From Patescibacteria group bacterium (GTDB lineage: Bacteria; Patescibacteriota; Microgenomatia; Curtissbacterales; GWA2-41-24): DNA of 64,000 nucleotides. Made by a program: the position numbers and the translations under genes. This document shows positions 63,677 through 64,000 of this stretch, piece by piece. The DNA lies in contig JBBTUN010000004.1 of the NCBI GenBank assembly GCA_038063735.1, positions 12,111 through 76,110 on the forward strand, read 5' to 3'. How positions within the stretch are numbered: the first letter of the stretch is position 1; every line of letters starts with the position of its first letter. A model generated the notes under the pieces. That model was not told the DNA's origin. It did no database searches and saw nothing but the letters and a program-made list of their open reading frames with translations.

Positions 63677-64000
63677 ATGAAATTATCAATAATAATACCT
63701 GTATACAATGAAGGCGCAGTTATCACCAAAACAATCAATCAGGTAGAAAAAGCCGTAAAAACCCCACACGAGCTACTGATAATTTACGACATGGACAAAG
63801 ACACAACTGTAGTACCAGTTAAAAAAATTCAAAAAAAATATACAAACGTAAAGCTTGTTAAGAATATATATGGTAAGGGGGCATTGAATGCCTTAAAAAC
63901 AGGCTTAGTCAAGGCAAGCGGTGCTGCGGTATGCGTAATGATGGCAGACTTAACTGATGACGCAAAAGTGGTTAACACAATGATGGACAAATTTAATAAA
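63677..64000 (+). CDS. GT2 glycosyltransferase, N-terminal part (runs off the window end)
   Basis: MKLSIIIPVYNEG...MADLTDD, open to the end of the window. Confidence 0.85.
   Translation, partial: MKLSIIIPVYNEGAVITKTINQVEKAVKTPHELLIIYDMDKDTTVVPVKKIQKKYTNVKLVKNIYGKGALNALKTGLVKASGAAVCVMMADLTDDAKVVNTMMDKFNK

Overview
AT-rich bacterial chromosomal window read in the standard genetic code. Several traits suggest, by inference, a Patescibacteria/CPR (Microgenomates-like) genome: short TsaB, many GT-C glycosyltransferases, promoters close to start codons, orphan biosynthetic genes and heptamer repeats. Content in order: 1-9.1 kb is a copper-resistance region of two convergent blocks (partial P1B-ATPase, DUF5676, DUF2933, ICMT; CsoR, cupredoxin, CopA, TlpA-like/CcdA, DsbD_2-HMA, CopZ). 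9.2-38.6 kb holds mostly housekeeping genes (lgt, lon, hppA, tRNA-Glu, greA, lysS, serS, secA, uppP, prfB, ftsEX, tsaECB, galE) plus several oddities. 39.2-42.5 kb is a TasA/CalY-SipW fibre locus. 42.5-64 kb is a large surface-glycan cluster (rmlABCD, ugd, rmd, gmd, GT2s, many GT-C enzymes). The best candidate for a new system is the TasA-like fibre operon: its SipW peptidase is fused, through an internal SipW-type cleavage site, to its own putative substrate, and the operon also has a TasA-RTX subunit and an intergenic pseudoknot. Other notable items are a circularly permuted M23 domain behind ftsEX, a frameshifted four-helix-bundle gene flanked by inverted repeats with dispersed heptamer arrays nearby, and a degenerate orphan HisG-like protein. 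All family assignments come from motif recognition by eye; no searches were run.
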